DNA of 63,986 nucleotides, counting the filler, from Reticulomyxa filosa (lineage: Eukaryota > Protista > Foraminifera): NCBI GenBank assembly GCA_000512085.1. It is 17 parts of 17 records of this genome, joined end to end, with 100 filler letters (N's around TTAATTAATTAA, not from the genome) between each part and the next. Parts side by side here need not be neighbours in the genome. Positions count along the whole stretch, not along the records: positions 13,704 to 38,926 come from ASPP01010646.1; positions 39,027 to 40,249 come from ASPP01018646.1; positions 40,350 to 46,135 come from ASPP01005649.1; positions 46,236 to 49,913 come from ASPP01011215.1; 13 more parts are not named here. One strand, given 5' to 3'. Positions within the stretch are counted from its first letter, which is position 1. Every line of letters begins with the position of its first letter. The position numbers and the translations under genes are program-made. Below are positions 36,709 to 50,013 of this stretch, piece by piece. The notes beneath the pieces were generated by a model. That model ran no database searches, had not been told where the DNA came from, and saw nothing but the letters and a program-made list of their open reading frames with translations.

Positions 36709-38926
36709 TTAAAATAAAATTTGTAATTTTTTACCAGCAATAGTGGTTGGAAAAGCTTTGAAAAGTGTTTCTCTTTTTGTTTTTTTTAATCGCATAGCCT
36801 TGATTTTGGAAGCGCAGAGTTGACATAAATGAGACGAAGGAAGAAATAAATGAATATCTTGAATGGAATGAAGTAGATGAGCAACAGATAAAAAGATATG
36901 ATGAGTGAGATCAGAAAAATCTTTAATATCAGTAACAATTTCAGTATAAGCATCAAGTAAAAGATCCCAAGATACTCCACAATAACGCATAATATGAATA
37001 ATAGTATTATTTTTTGAAGATATTGGAATAGGATGTAGAATAATTTGTTGTTCTAAAAATTGAATAATAAAAGAAATAGGAAAAATAAAATAAGAATCTT
37101 TAGAAATATCATGATTATCAGACCACCATTTTAATTCATTAGTAACAGTATCAATCCAATTAGTAGTATCAGAAATAGAAGAAGATAAAGTTTGATTAAT
37201 AATATCAGTAATCCATTCTTGCCAAATTTTTTTAATTTCTTGTTGATAACGTCGTGATGATTGAAAAGCAAGACATTCTAAAGCAATATTCCAAATATGA
37301 TAAAATTTAGCAATATCAAAAATATTAGAAATATCCATAAATTGTTCTTCAATATTTTTACATACAGTTAAATATTGTTTACGTTCAATAGAAAAAGGAA
37401 GAGAAGATTCATCTAAATCATTCATACGTTTTAAAGCAATTAAAAGTTTTTTTTGAATAATACATATTTTATATAATTTATCAAAATTATAAATAGTAAT
37501 ATCTTGTTCTAATTCTTCATTAAATGTATATTGAAAATTAGAAGAAGAAGAAGAATATATATTATCATGAATAATTTTTGTAATCATAATACCATCAAGT
37601 AAAAATTGTTCTCTTTCATGTAATGATATACCAATAACATGATTACAAATATAATTTATAAAATGTATATAATCTTTATATCTTTTTAAATGTAAATAAT
37701 ATTTTAATAATTGTTTCCATTTATTTAATTTATATAATAAATTTTCTTCTTCTTCTTTTTCTTCTTTTAAAAAATCTTCTAATCCTCTAGGTTTTTTAGA
37801 AAATATAATATATAATAATTGTCTTTCACAAAGCCATTGATATAATTTTTTTAAAAAATATATATCACCATTAGATAAACAAATATCTAAAATTTTTTGT
37901 ATATTTAAATCTTTATTTAATATATTACTATTATTATTATTATTATTATTATTATTATCATCATTTTCTTTTTCAAATAATTCTTTAATAGTAATAAATA
38001 TTTCATTATAACATAAATTAATCTTATTTTCTATATATTGTATATCTAAATCAGGAAATGTACCAGTCTTTAATTGATTTAACATATAAAAAGATAAATC
38101 AATAGCACCACTATAAAAATTAATATTACGAAGTGTAGAACATATTGATTGTAAATCAAAAGAAGGATCATCACATGCTTTTTTAAATAAAGATAATGCT
38201 TTATTATAATTTATTTCATTATATTCTTTATTTATAAATATTTTATTTGCCATAAAAGAAATTAAATCTTGTGATGAAAATAATCTAGGTGCACTTAAAT
38301 GTAATTGTTCTATTTGTCCTTCATTATTCATTATTTTAATTAATGCACGAATAATACATTTTATATTATTTATATTATTATCATTATTACTATTTATTAT
38401 AATAGAATTTATTATTTCAAATGATTGTAATATAATTTGTTCTTGAGTAGATAATGAATTATACATTTTATTAAAATATGTTGGTGTTGATACAAAAAGT
38501 AATATATAAAATAATTCTATACATATTTCAATACAAGCTAAAAAATATTGTATTTGTTTATTAATAATAGATAATTTATTATTATTATTATTGTTATTAT
38601 TATCATTTGATTTTGTCCATAAATAAATATTTGATTCTACAAATTGTTTTAAATTTGATAATATAGATAATGTTTTTTTTAATTGAATACAATTCCAACG
38701 AGGATATGATATATCATTAGAATCAATAATAATAAATGAATAATATAAATATGGACGAAGAATTCTAGATAAATATAAATATAATGAAAATATTTTAGAA
38801 CCATTACAAATAGAATTAAATGGAATCCATTGATTATTTTTAACTAAAAATTGTATTTTTAATTTATCACTAGTTTTAGAATTAATAAAATAATGTATAG
38901 CAATAGAAGATTCTGTATTATTATTA
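36709..38926 (-). CDS. NUP155: Nucleoporin Nup155/Nup170 C-terminal helical region (5' partial)
   Basis: LYLYLSRILRP upstream, SAPRLFSSQD, KALSLF..DLQSICSTL..FYSGAIDL, LYQWL, ISLHEREQFL and FPISFIIQFLEQ match Nup155 landmarks. Confidence 0.7.
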
Positions 38927-39224
38927 NNNNNNNNNNNNNNNNNNNNNNNNNNNNNNNNNNNNNNNNNNNNTTAATTAATTAANNNNNNNNNNNNNNNNNN
39001 NNNNNNNNNNNNNNNNNNNNNNNNNNCCTTTAAAATAAAAAATTGTTAATGTCTTTATTTTTTTTTTTTTTTACCATCGTAAAGTATGGCATTTTCCCCT
39101 AGTCTTTCACTCAACTAAATTTCAACTTGGAAATGACTACTCTCGTTGTTGAAATTTCAAAATTGAACGGATTTGGCAAGTAGGGGGGGTGGGTAATAAT
39201 AAAAAAACATTATTATTGAAATAA

Positions 39225-39645
39225 ATGTCGGCAACCTGTTTAATAGTTGCAGAAAAGCCCTCAATTGCCTTGGCAATAGCCGAAGCCTTGGCAGGAGGCC
39301 GCTATGAGACTCGCAAGCTGGGCACTCCTGTGCACACATGGCGAGGGCGCTTCGGGAACCAAAATGTGCAATTTAAATGTACGGGTGTGACAGGACACAT
39401 ATTCGAGGTGGACTTTTCACACGAGTATCGCGATTGGAATAGCTGTGACCCGAGCGAGTTGTTTTACGCGCCAACAGTGGTGAAGCCGGTGTCAGGAGGG
39501 AAAATGGTGAGACACTTGCAGAAATTGGGGGAAAATGTGGACTACCTGTTGCTTTGGTTGGATTGCGATCGAGAGGGAGAGAACATTGGGTTTGAGGTTA
39601 TCCGTATTGTGCACAAATTGATGTCCCGGCGTGGTGGAGGCCAAG
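39225..39645 (+). CDS. TOP3B: DNA topoisomerase III beta, N-terminal TOPRIM exon (3' partial)
   Basis: VAEKPSIA, PVHTW.G.F, TGVTGHIFEVDF..W..DPSELF and LWLDCDREGENIGFEV. Confidence 0.88.
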
Positions 39646-40524
39646 TTCTTTATGCACGTTACATATACATATACATATATATATATATGTATATGTATAT
39701 TTTCCACCAAGTTTAACATTTCAAAAAAGTTGTTTTTTTTTAGAAAATATTTCATTGGCAAAAAAAAAATAGAATATTCAATTGTAGAGAAAAGTTTATC
39801 CAAATTAGGGGATCTACAAAAATAATTTTTTCTTTTTCAACCAAAGGAAGAAATGGATCTCACAAAAATCGTCACTAAAACATATACTTTCAATACTGTC
39901 GCATCTGTGAAAAAAATTGGCGACTCTATGCAATTGTTTGCAAATGGTCTTCTACCCCAAATGTGGAAAATTTTTGCTTGCCAACGCAAGACTAAATCTT
40001 TCCGATTTTGCACATGGTGCTGGAAAATGGTAATCCACAAAAATTATTTGTGTGTACTTAGTTTTTTTTTTCCTTTGAACGAATCAAACATTGTGATGAC
40101 ATGGCTACTGGCAATATAATAAAACTAACAAACAAATGATTAAAAAAAAGGTTGGTTGGTAAAAAAGTCAGCAAATGAGGAAAAAATCGAAACTAGTGCA
40201 AGTAATGATAAATTTCATCCAAGAAAATTTCAACATCAGCAAAACGAACNNNNNNNNNNNNNNNNNNNNNNNNNNNNNNNNNNNNNNNNNNNNTTAATTA
40301 ATTAANNNNNNNNNNNNNNNNNNNNNNNNNNNNNNNNNNNNNNNNNNNNCACAGAAAAAAAAAGAAAAATCATGAAAAATTGTTAATGTAGATTTCCTAC
40401 TTGAAACAAAGTTAAAAAAAAAAAGAAAGGGTCCAAATTAAGACATATTCTCTCGGATTCTGTTTGTGGTCAAGAACAAGACGAGAAAACTTCTCCAAAC
40501 AAACTATTTACTAGAAAAAAAAAA

Positions 40525-40852
40525 ATGGCAGTGAAAGAGCTCTTTTATGGGCTGAAAAGGGAGGATGAAACAATAACAGAAGAAGAGCAAAGAAAGCAAG
40601 CACTGTTTTCCTGTATGATGAATGGTGACATGGAAAAATTTGATGCGCTTTTGCCGTTAATTGATGTGAATGACTTGAAAATCAAGCCATTGCGTAGTCC
40701 GTTGAGTATGGCATGCCAATTGGAAGAGCCATTATTTGTAGCAAAATTACTCAAAAAAGGAGCCGATCCAAATTTAGCAGATCAAATTAATCGAACTCCG
40801 TTAATGGAGTGTTGTTTAAGAGGTATGATAGATTAAAAAAATTTAATAATAA

Positions 40853-40883
<31 letters not shown>

Positions 40884-41746
40884 TAATAAAGGAGGTTCAG
40901 AAATAGTAGAATTATTATTAATGCATAATCCCAGTCCAAATAAAAATGCACAAGATATAAATGGAAATACACCATTGATTTATGCCTGTCAAAAAGGACA
41001 TTTGGCAACAGTAAAATTATTATTATCACAAAATTCAAATTCAGTGCCTTGTAATGTAAATATTCAAAATAAAGTGGGAAAATCAGCATTATTTATAGCG
41101 ATTGAAAATTCGCACAACGAAGTTGTAAAATATTTATTGGAAGAAGTAGATTGTGATTTAGAATGTACTTTACGGGTTAGTAAATTTATATCATTTTTTA
41201 AATAAAAATAAATAAATAAAAAGTCATTTATGTACATATCATTTTTATAGAATGGAACTACGTTATTAATGCGTGCATGCACAAAAGGATCTTCTGACAT
41301 TGTAAATATGTTATTGAATCATAAAAATTCTCCAGATATAAATCGTGCTGAGGTATACGTATGTAAATTTATAAACGTGTGTAAAGAATATATACATATA
41401 TTTTGAATATTTATATATATACATATATATATATATATAAATATATAATATTTATACAATTATAAAGCCCTCTACCAATAAAACGTGTATAATGATGGCC
41501 GCTCATAAAAAAAATAATGATGTTTGCAAATTATTATTGGACAATCAACGACAAAAATGTAATTTATGGGTACTTACTTCAGATGATAAGTCTATCGTTG
41601 ATTTTGCTCAAAAAAATGTTAATTCAACTATTGTTCGCCAAATTCGCACACAATTGCATTCTATGATTGTTCAAACTGTTTCTTCTTTACATGATGACTC
41701 CATTCCTATTGATGTCATTCAAATTGTTGCAAAATGGACTTATTAA
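40525..41746 (+). CDS. Ankyrin-repeat protein, multi-exon
   Basis: SPLSMACQ, GADPNLAD..RTPLMECC, GNTPLIYACQKGHL, GKSALFIAIENSH and GTTLLMRACTKG repeats. Confidence 0.9.
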
Positions 41747-41992
41747 ATTGTTGTTTCTTGTTTTTTGTAGATTGAAATATCAAAATCAATTTATCAGTAC
41801 AAATAACTCTCAAATAACAACTTGGACAAATTAATAAAGAAAGATCAAATGACAATTCCTAAATTGAAAGTTTTTCCATATTTATTATTACAATTAAAAC
41901 TGTACAACGGTACACAAACCATTGAACTACGTCTTGCAAAAAAAGGTTTAAAAGCTCCAGCTAGTTGTTCGACTCTTTTTTTTGTTTCAATT

Positions 41993-42971
41993 ATGACCCA
42001 AGAAACTGTCGTGAACCATGGAAAACCATTGATAGTTATTACCGGTGCCTCTTCAGGTATAGGTGAAGCATGTGCAAAGTACTTTCACAAAGAGGGGCAT
42101 CCTTTGTTATTACTAGCTCGCAGAGTAGACAAAATGGAAAAAGAATTTGGTAAGCTAAAAAATGTTCTCATTGCTAAAGTGGACGTGACAAAGTATGACG
42201 AAATGCATGCAGCTTTGGAAAAGGCAGAGCAAATATATGGTCCATGTGATTGCTTAATCAATAACGCAGGGATTTTTTTGGGTGGAAAAATAGTAGGTTT
42301 TGTTTATTTGTTTACTGCTTTTGACATCTTTGCAAATAAATGACAATAATAACAAATAAAAGGACGAACAAAAAAAAGAAGAGTGGGATACAATGTTGCA
42401 AGTCAATGTTTAGTGTTTTCTTATTTATTTTTTTTTGTAATTTTTGTTGTATATTTTTTAACGGACCGAAAAATAAAGGTATTTGGTGTATTAAACGGCA
42501 TAAAATGCGTGTTAAAAGGAATGAAAGAACGTAAACATGGAACGATTATCAACATATCATCCACTGCGGCAAAGAAACATTCCAACGGTACGGTTGTATA
42601 CTGCGCAAGTAAAGCTGCTGTTAGCACCATTAGTGAGGGAGTGAGGGCAGAGGTTGCTGATAGTGGTGTCAAAGTCACAACTATTTGTCCAGGCCTTGTG
42701 CAAGTTTAATGTTACTTATTTGTAAAGGAATGTATGGATGCATTGCTTTTAACTTGCTCTGGAAAAAAAATAGACGGAGCTACTCGAAACGAATAAAGAA
42801 AAAAATGAAATTTATAATGGATTTACTGGTTGGATGAAAAGCTTACCGAATGGTCCATTGCTGCCTGAGGATGTTGCTGACGCTTGTTTGTATGTTTACA
42901 AACTACCCAAAAGAGCCTGCATTCGTGAACTTGTTATTGCACCCGTTGACCAAACTGTTCGAAAAAATTAA
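41993..42971 (+). CDS. Short-chain dehydrogenase/reductase (classical SDR, YdfG/DHRS11-like), multi-exon
   Basis: ITGASSGIG, INNAG, GTIINISS, YCASK and ICPGLV motifs. Confidence 0.93.
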
Positions 42972-43878
42972 ATAAATATATTCATTAAAAAATAGATGTT
43001 TAAATCCTTCTTTAACAAAAGAAGTAATAAAAAAAGTTAGTGCTTGCAAAAAGAAGATATTTTTTTTTTTTTTTAGTTGATTTCTCATTTCTAAGATTGC
43101 TCCAAAAAATTGCTAGTCAATCTGTATGTACTGATCCTCGTGTCTTGTGAGACATTTGATAAATCTGAAAAATTATTAACCAAAAAGAGTGAACGTTTGA
43201 GCAATCAAATTGCTTTTCAAAAAATAACAATATCTAAAAGAATTTTTGAAAACTGTGCAATTTACCATTTAAACATTTTTGTTGCCTTTTTTCTCCTCTC
43301 AAATATTTCACCTTTGCTCTAGCCTTTTGTCTGTCACAATAAATCATAATTGCAACTAAATTTTCTCCCGTTAACATTTTTCATTTTTTGAGACTATCTT
43401 AACATTCACTTCTCTGGAAACGTTAAATTATGACATTTTTGTTTGTTCAATTCAAAAATGAAACTGCATTAATTGTTCAAATATACTGGCTACTGTGTCA
43501 TGTCTATGGTAATTCAGGTAATATCTAACGGTCATACAAAATTGTTCTGGTCACCATTTTAATTTTTTGCTGTTTAGTGGTCTGATTCGTATTATTTTTG
43601 TTTGTCTGAGCCGTAATTGTATATCACATTAGCAAGAACCATGCTTAATATTTTCGTTTGTCTCTGTATTTTCACCTTTTCTTAATGGTTCATTTGTTTC
43701 TCGGAATTTTTTATTAGAGAAACGTTTACGTTGTTTCCTTTGACACTGGTCTCTTTTAAATCTATGCATTTTCCCGTTTATAGTCATTTTACTTTTTTTT
43801 CTAGTGTAAATATTAATATGATAAATAAATCTTGTTTTATTTTTGAACAATTCCATTACCTTATAAGAATGTCGTTAC

Positions 43879-44173
43879 AAAAAGTGCGATGAAAGTGCTT
43901 GTTTTTGGTGACATACTTTTATTATATAAGTTAATGATTTCTAATAAAAAATTTTTTGAAAATTGTTTTGTTTTTTAAGTTTCAAATTTTTTTTTTAACA
44001 TTGAAAAAAAAAATGATTTGAAATATCATAAACTTATAATTTCATTTAACTTAATAATATAAAATCGAATGTTTATATTCATTCAAATATTGTAATGCAT
44101 TACATTATTTTATTTTAAAATTTTATTCATATATCATCATGTGCTGAAATAAGAACATACATAACACTTTTTT
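43879..44173. repeat. Second putative degenerate MITE-like element of the 3305-3623 type
   Basis: aaaagtgcgatgaaagtgcttgttttt on the left is inverted relative to gaaataagaacatacataacacttttt on the right. Confidence 0.35.
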
Positions 44174-44587
44174 AAAATATTTTTCTATATAAAATTTGAA
44201 CATTTATTACCAAAACAAGATATATTTTGTCTTTAAATAGAAACTGCAAGTTTGACGTTGCAGTACAATTCTAATACAAAAAATATTGTGAGATTAGAAC
44301 TTCAAGATAAAAGAAAAAACATCGTATACGTATTGATATCCCAATTGTAGACGATGTGGCAAAAGGATCCTGACTAAAGTAAAAAGACTCTTTATGTTTT
44401 ATTTTTTTTATGAAATTATTGAAGAAGTTTTATTTTCATTGCGGTATATTTTTTTATAGAACAAAAAATTTGAGAATTGTCCATGCATTGTTTACATTTT
44501 TTTTTAATATAGGAAAAGAAAAACCTTGGCCTTCACACATTACAAAACCAAGCCAATTTGAAATTAAAACCAATCCAAGAAAACAGT

Positions 44588-45388
44588 TTAACCACCTCCG
44601 GCGGTTTTCCAAAATTCCTCAAAGGAAATTTTTGAATCTTTGTTGATGTCAGTTTGGTGCCACATATTCTTTGCGTCTTCTTCTGTCATGCCTATTGCAA
44701 ACCCACGCACAACAATCAAAATTCGCAACTATTTTATTTTCTCATCTTATACGTGTTGTTTAACGCATCAAAGGTAATTAAACAACAAAAAACATACCAA
44801 ATTCCTTGAATTTTTCCACCCATTCAGACCAACTAATCGTTCCGTCGCCATCTTTATCGTAGGTTTTGAATAGTTGTGTTACTTGGCACAGTAACTCAAA
44901 TCTTTTATTGTTGTATACGTTGTTCAACTTTCATTTAAAAAAGGTAAAAAAATCCTTTGTGTCAGAAATACAGATAACAAAACAACGATCTTGAAATATT
45001 TTTTGTTGTTAGACTTTTTTTTGACTCACCGAGAATTATTGCTTCGCAATTCCTTTAATTTTGATTTTTTAATCCAATCTTTAAATTCTTTCAAACTGAC
45101 TTTTCCGTCACTGTCTTTATCTGCTAAATGTTGAAGTCCTTCTTTGGCAGCAGTGTCATCCAAGCCAATGCTTTCACACAATTTTCCAAATTCCTCTGTG
45201 AATATGTAAACAAGTCAGGCGGATGTGGTCATGGAACATAACATATTATTGTTGGACAAAAAAAAAAGTTAAGCCACTCTTTGCGTATTACTTTGGTCTA
45301 TAGAACCGCTTCCGTCAACATCAAATTGTTTGAAAACAGAGTTCAAAACAACATCAGGTGCGTCTTCATCCAAAAAACTTCGCGCCAT
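44588..45388 (-). CDS. Four-EF-hand calmodulin-like calcium-binding protein, 4 exons
   Basis: EF loops DVDGSGSIDQ, DKDSDGKVSLKE, DKDGDGTISWSE and DINKDSKISFEE, read manually across introns. Confidence 0.88.
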
Positions 45389-46290
45389 GGTTATGTTATT
45401 ATTAGAGACACTGAATTTGTTTATGGTCCCCTCGCTTACACAGAAAAAAAACAAGAGGAGTGCCTAAAAATAAGCCTTTTTAACTAAAATTGCTACATTG
45501 ATGTCTTTATTTTCAAGGTTAAGCAATTTATCCACCAGGCTGAAAACAGCAATGGAATGGCAATATACATCAAACAATAAATACGCTTCTCTTTACAAAT
45601 TTTGTAGCGCAAAATTAGCTTTTAAACATCTCTGGTAGTTGATTATTGACACCAAAAAGATCTAAATAAAGCCAGTCTAATATTGGAGTAGTTGTGCTTC
45701 AAAAAAAAAAACATGCTAAATAAAGAAGTTGATGCATTAATTGAAACATGTCACAACAACAAAGAAAATGTGCATTGGTATTAATAAACCAAAACAAATA
45801 TGATTTCTAATGTGTAAACGTGCACTGATCGTAACATTTTTTTTTGTGGACTCTAACAAAGGTGGTATTTGGGAGGAAAGAACGTCAGGGCTTTGGGAAG
45901 AGTAAACAAAAAAAAGGGGGAGGGAAAGAAGGAAAGAGGAAAAGAAAAAAAAAGAAGAAACAAGATCATATGAACAAGAAAAAAATCAAACAAATCAAAG
46001 ACATCACCAAGTAAAAGCATTGCAAACGAATGGACATATGGATAAATAATCACTCACAACAATTCAGAATTTTCAATCCCCCCTTTTTTTTTTTTTTTTA
46101 TTTTTTTTACATTTAAACTTAAAAAAAAAAAAAAANNNNNNNNNNNNNNNNNNNNNNNNNNNNNNNNNNNNNNNNNNNNTTAATTAATTAANNNNNNNNN
46201 NNNNNNNNNNNNNNNNNNNNNNNNNNNNNNNNNNNTTTCATCCAACAAAAAAAAAAGTTATTAAAAAATCAATATCATATTTAAAAACTA

Positions 46291-46360
46291 CAAGACTTGT
46301 AGATATTTTTTAAAAAAAAAATTAGGTCTAAATGTTGCTTTTTCATTGAAAAAATCAATT
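46291..46360 (+). repeat. Homologue of the right end of the 9870-10882 TIR element
   Basis: caagacttgtagatattttt..aaattaggtctaaatgttgctttttcattgaaaaaat resembles 10823-10882. Confidence 0.6.
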
Positions 46361-46386
46361 ATCATCATAAGATATGTTTTATGCTT

Positions 46387-47980
46387 TCAGTTTTCTTTGC
46401 AACCTAATGTATATCTTTTATAGTATTCATATAAAATCACGTAAATAGCTTTTCCTTTTATTTTCTCTATGATGAATTTACATAATTGTTCATACACAAA
46501 CTGTGCCATTTTCAATAGCACATTCTTATTTATTTCTAATTCATTTTTGGATAATTGTGGTGGTTTCAATATTCCAATATCCAAATGTGATCTATAACGA
46601 TTTGCTAATTTTTGTATTCCTTTATCATCTATCCACTCACAGATAACGTTATTAATTTTGGTTAAAGTTTCATTGCTTGCTTTAAATTTTCTTCGAATTA
46701 TTTGGTTTCCATGTTCATAGAATAAATGACTTAATTTCGGATTCTCAATTACTGTGTATCCTTCCAATGTTGTAAAGTTTTTTTAATGTTGCTTGCATAT
46801 CCACATATACGTCATGTTTTGGAACATGCAATTTAATATTGTGAAATCTGTGATGTGTCTTTGATTGTCTTTCAAAAAAATCTTTATCCTCAGATACAAT
46901 TAAATTAAATTTTTCATTACTGTCACTACTGTTTGCAATTTGGTTGCATTATCACATAAAATCGTAAATCTTCCAATATCAAATACTTGATTATAATCTC
47001 CATTATAATCACATTTAATTTTTTCCAATAATCTTACACTATCCTTTAATTTGGGTGGTTTTACAACTGTTATTAGATATTTTTGTAGTTCAGACACCAA
47101 ATTGATTATCTCATTACTGACCATTGCATCTTCACTTCTTCTAATTAAGTCTTCCAGATTAGTTTCATATTGTCTTATTTTCTTGGCTTTTATTTCATAA
47201 AACAATCCTGGTTTAATTGAATAAAAGCATTGATAATGATTATCTTTCACAGAAATAGGGTTATCATTTGCATTGGTAATGTGCTCTGAATTGAAAATCA
47301 TTGCCTTTGTAATAATGTAACAGTGGGCTGTCCACAGTCTGTACAATGATAGGACGTCTTTTCTGAGTTGAATGAAATGTCACCAAATCCAAGATTCACC
47401 CATACTGGTAACTTTGCTTTTGAAGCTAAACAATCAACATTTGTGCAATAGCCTTGTAGATTAATTCCAGTTTTAGTTTCTCCAATTTCTGCCTTTTCCT
47501 CTTCTTTTTTTAATTTATTTGACTTTACTCCATCATTGTTATTTCTTACCTTTTTTATCCCCTCCTTCCCCCATAGTCAATAAATAAAATTCATGTTATT
47601 ATGCAAGTATGTCAAAAAAAGAGAATATTAATAATCCTAACTTGTTCAGTTTTTTTTTTCATCAATTGAACCTTGGACAGCAATCTATTTTTTGCTTTGT
47701 AATGCAAAAGTAATATTTGTATGTATTGTATTTTTGTCGTGCAAATTACATTCTGATCCAACAATGTGGCTGTGATCTGATCAATCACCGCTGACACGTT
47801 TCCATTGCTTTGTTCGAGTTTTTTCCTCAATATATCTTCTTTAATCACATCACCGTATAATTTTATTAATACACTCATTTCCGCTTCATACTTTTTTATC
47901 TTTGATTCATCTTGCGTGCATCCTGCAATTTTAACATGTAATTCATTAACAAAGGATAACATATTTGCATTGCTTTGCAC
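46387..47980 (-). pseudogene. Paralogue of the CUE-like/Zn/RelA-SpoT-like gene, frameshifted
   Basis: Colinear with 7361-8766: [22 protein letters not shown]; GINLQGYC; LKDSVRLLEKIKCDYNGDYNQVFDIGRFTI; EGYTVIENPKLSHLFYEH. Several frameshifts and deletions. Confidence 0.8.
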
Positions 47981-49070
47981 GAGTAAATGTATTGCCTCTT
48001 GAGTCTAATCGAACAATGTAATTACGTAAATTGGTCATGATATACCTGTTTTAAAAAAAGGGGAAGTATAAATATACAATTTTATCTAAACTTTAATACA
48101 AATATTATCTTGTGCGTCCATAAGTAATCCACAATCGTTAAATTCAAATTTGATTATATTCTGTCGTCTCAGTATATCTGCTTCTTAAATAATTGTTTTC
48201 ACGTTTTCGTTTCAAGTGGTTCTTTAGTTTGGAAAAAAAAAAGAACGCAAATGCATGAATACGCGTACCCTCGTAAGTCGTGTCGAGTAATTGCCCCACC
48301 AGAATTTACACTAAATTTCCATCTATTCTGACTTGATTGTCTTTTGACTGGAAAAGGCATGTTTAAAGGAATTGAAAAGATCAATTGTTTTGATCTTGCC
48401 GGGAATTAAAGATTTTTTGTGAATAAAAAAACTTGGTTGTCAACGTACAGTGTTTTGTTTGCAGCTTTCTATAAAACGCATTGTTTCTCCTTGTGTACAC
48501 CTTACTAAGTTTGTGGATATAAAACAGTGAACAAACCACAGAATCATCAACATGTCAGCATTAGAAATGAATGCATTGTTAACGCTTTCGTTACAAAAAA
48601 ATAATTAATAAATATTTTGTCCAGCTGAAAAGTATTGAGTCGTTTCAATTGTAAATCTATTTTTTGATTAAACGCTTTTTTTTAAAGCAATCGATGATTT
48701 CAATTTTATTTTCTTTATTGAGTAATCAATCACTAAAATTACTCACCTACTACTTTTGCAATTATCATATTTGTTAAAATTTTGATTCACGTCTTCTAAG
48801 CGAACATGCCTCCACCCAAAAAAAAAAAAAAGGGCCTTTAATGTATTCATGCCCAGGGATCTGATTTTATTTACAACAAAAAAAATTTCTTTCGCTTTCT
48901 TTTGCAAAGGGCAAGGCTTTGAGAAAAAAAAAGAAAAAATAATTTTTACACCCAATTCGATCACTGAGAAAAAATAGCCGCCACAAACACCAAAAAACAT
49001 TAAGCACAAAAAAAAAAAAAAAAAGGAAAAATATTATAAATTCTATAATTCATTTTCACCTTATTGCTTG

Positions 49071-49876
49071 TCATTTATCTTCTCGTCTCATGCGTCGAGT
49101 GTTGTTTGCCTTGGAAATGACATTTAATTTCAGCTTAAATTTTCTTGGCATTTGATCATATGCTTGCTTTCCAACAACGTATCCACAAGATACGACAGCC
49201 AAATAGAAAACAGGTTTCATGGCAAGTGACGCACAATAATATGACGACAGACGTTTGTTAGTATTTTCAATGTAATCAGTCAAATACTTTATTGTTGTTT
49301 ATTGGTTTTGTTTCTTCTTTGCAATTTTTTTAAAAGCAATTCGTCGACGTATAAAAAACAAAAAAAGTACACTAAACCTGGTAGCGGAAGTAGGCTCCCA
49401 CCAAACTTAAGGCACCAACGGTACGTGCGGCCCATGCGCCAAGCAATTCACGACCAAAGGTAGACGCAATAAATATGGATGGTGCATACATCAAAAATGA
49501 CTCTTTACAATCTTCCTTTTTTTTTTTTTTTCTCGTTCCTTTCTCTCTTTCGAAAGGATCTAGAAAAAAAAAAAAAAAAGGAATACAAAACTTGTGCACT
49601 GAAAGTACGATACCATAATTGTGCTTTTTGTGGATCAGTTCCTTGCGGAGGATCATGACTTGGTGCAGTAATGCCCAACTGGCTTTTCAGTTGACTAACT
49701 TTGGAAATACTACTTATTACAACCGCAGAATGGGCCAACAGTCCCAAGGAAGGGAGACCTAGATCTGAGACAGCAGAAAATGTCGGAGAGGTGTAATAAA
49801 ATTTTATTCCCCAAATAACTGTGATACCTCCCAATGTTCCAGTGTATGTAATTATATCTGTCCATTCATACGCCAA
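49071..49876 (-). CDS. MAPEG family membrane protein (MGST2/LTC4S-like), multi-exon
   Basis: GITAP...WYRTFSAQ..CKESFLMY...AARTVG...FRYQYLTDY....KRL matches the MAPEG pattern with hydrophobic helices. Confidence 0.7.
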
Positions 49877-50013
49877 ATTATTAAATACTCTGGTTTTTGT
49901 TTTTTTTTTTTTTNNNNNNNNNNNNNNNNNNNNNNNNNNNNNNNNNNNNNNNNNNNNTTAATTAATTAANNNNNNNNNNNNNNNNNNNNNNNNNNNNNNN
50001 NNNNNNNNNNNNN

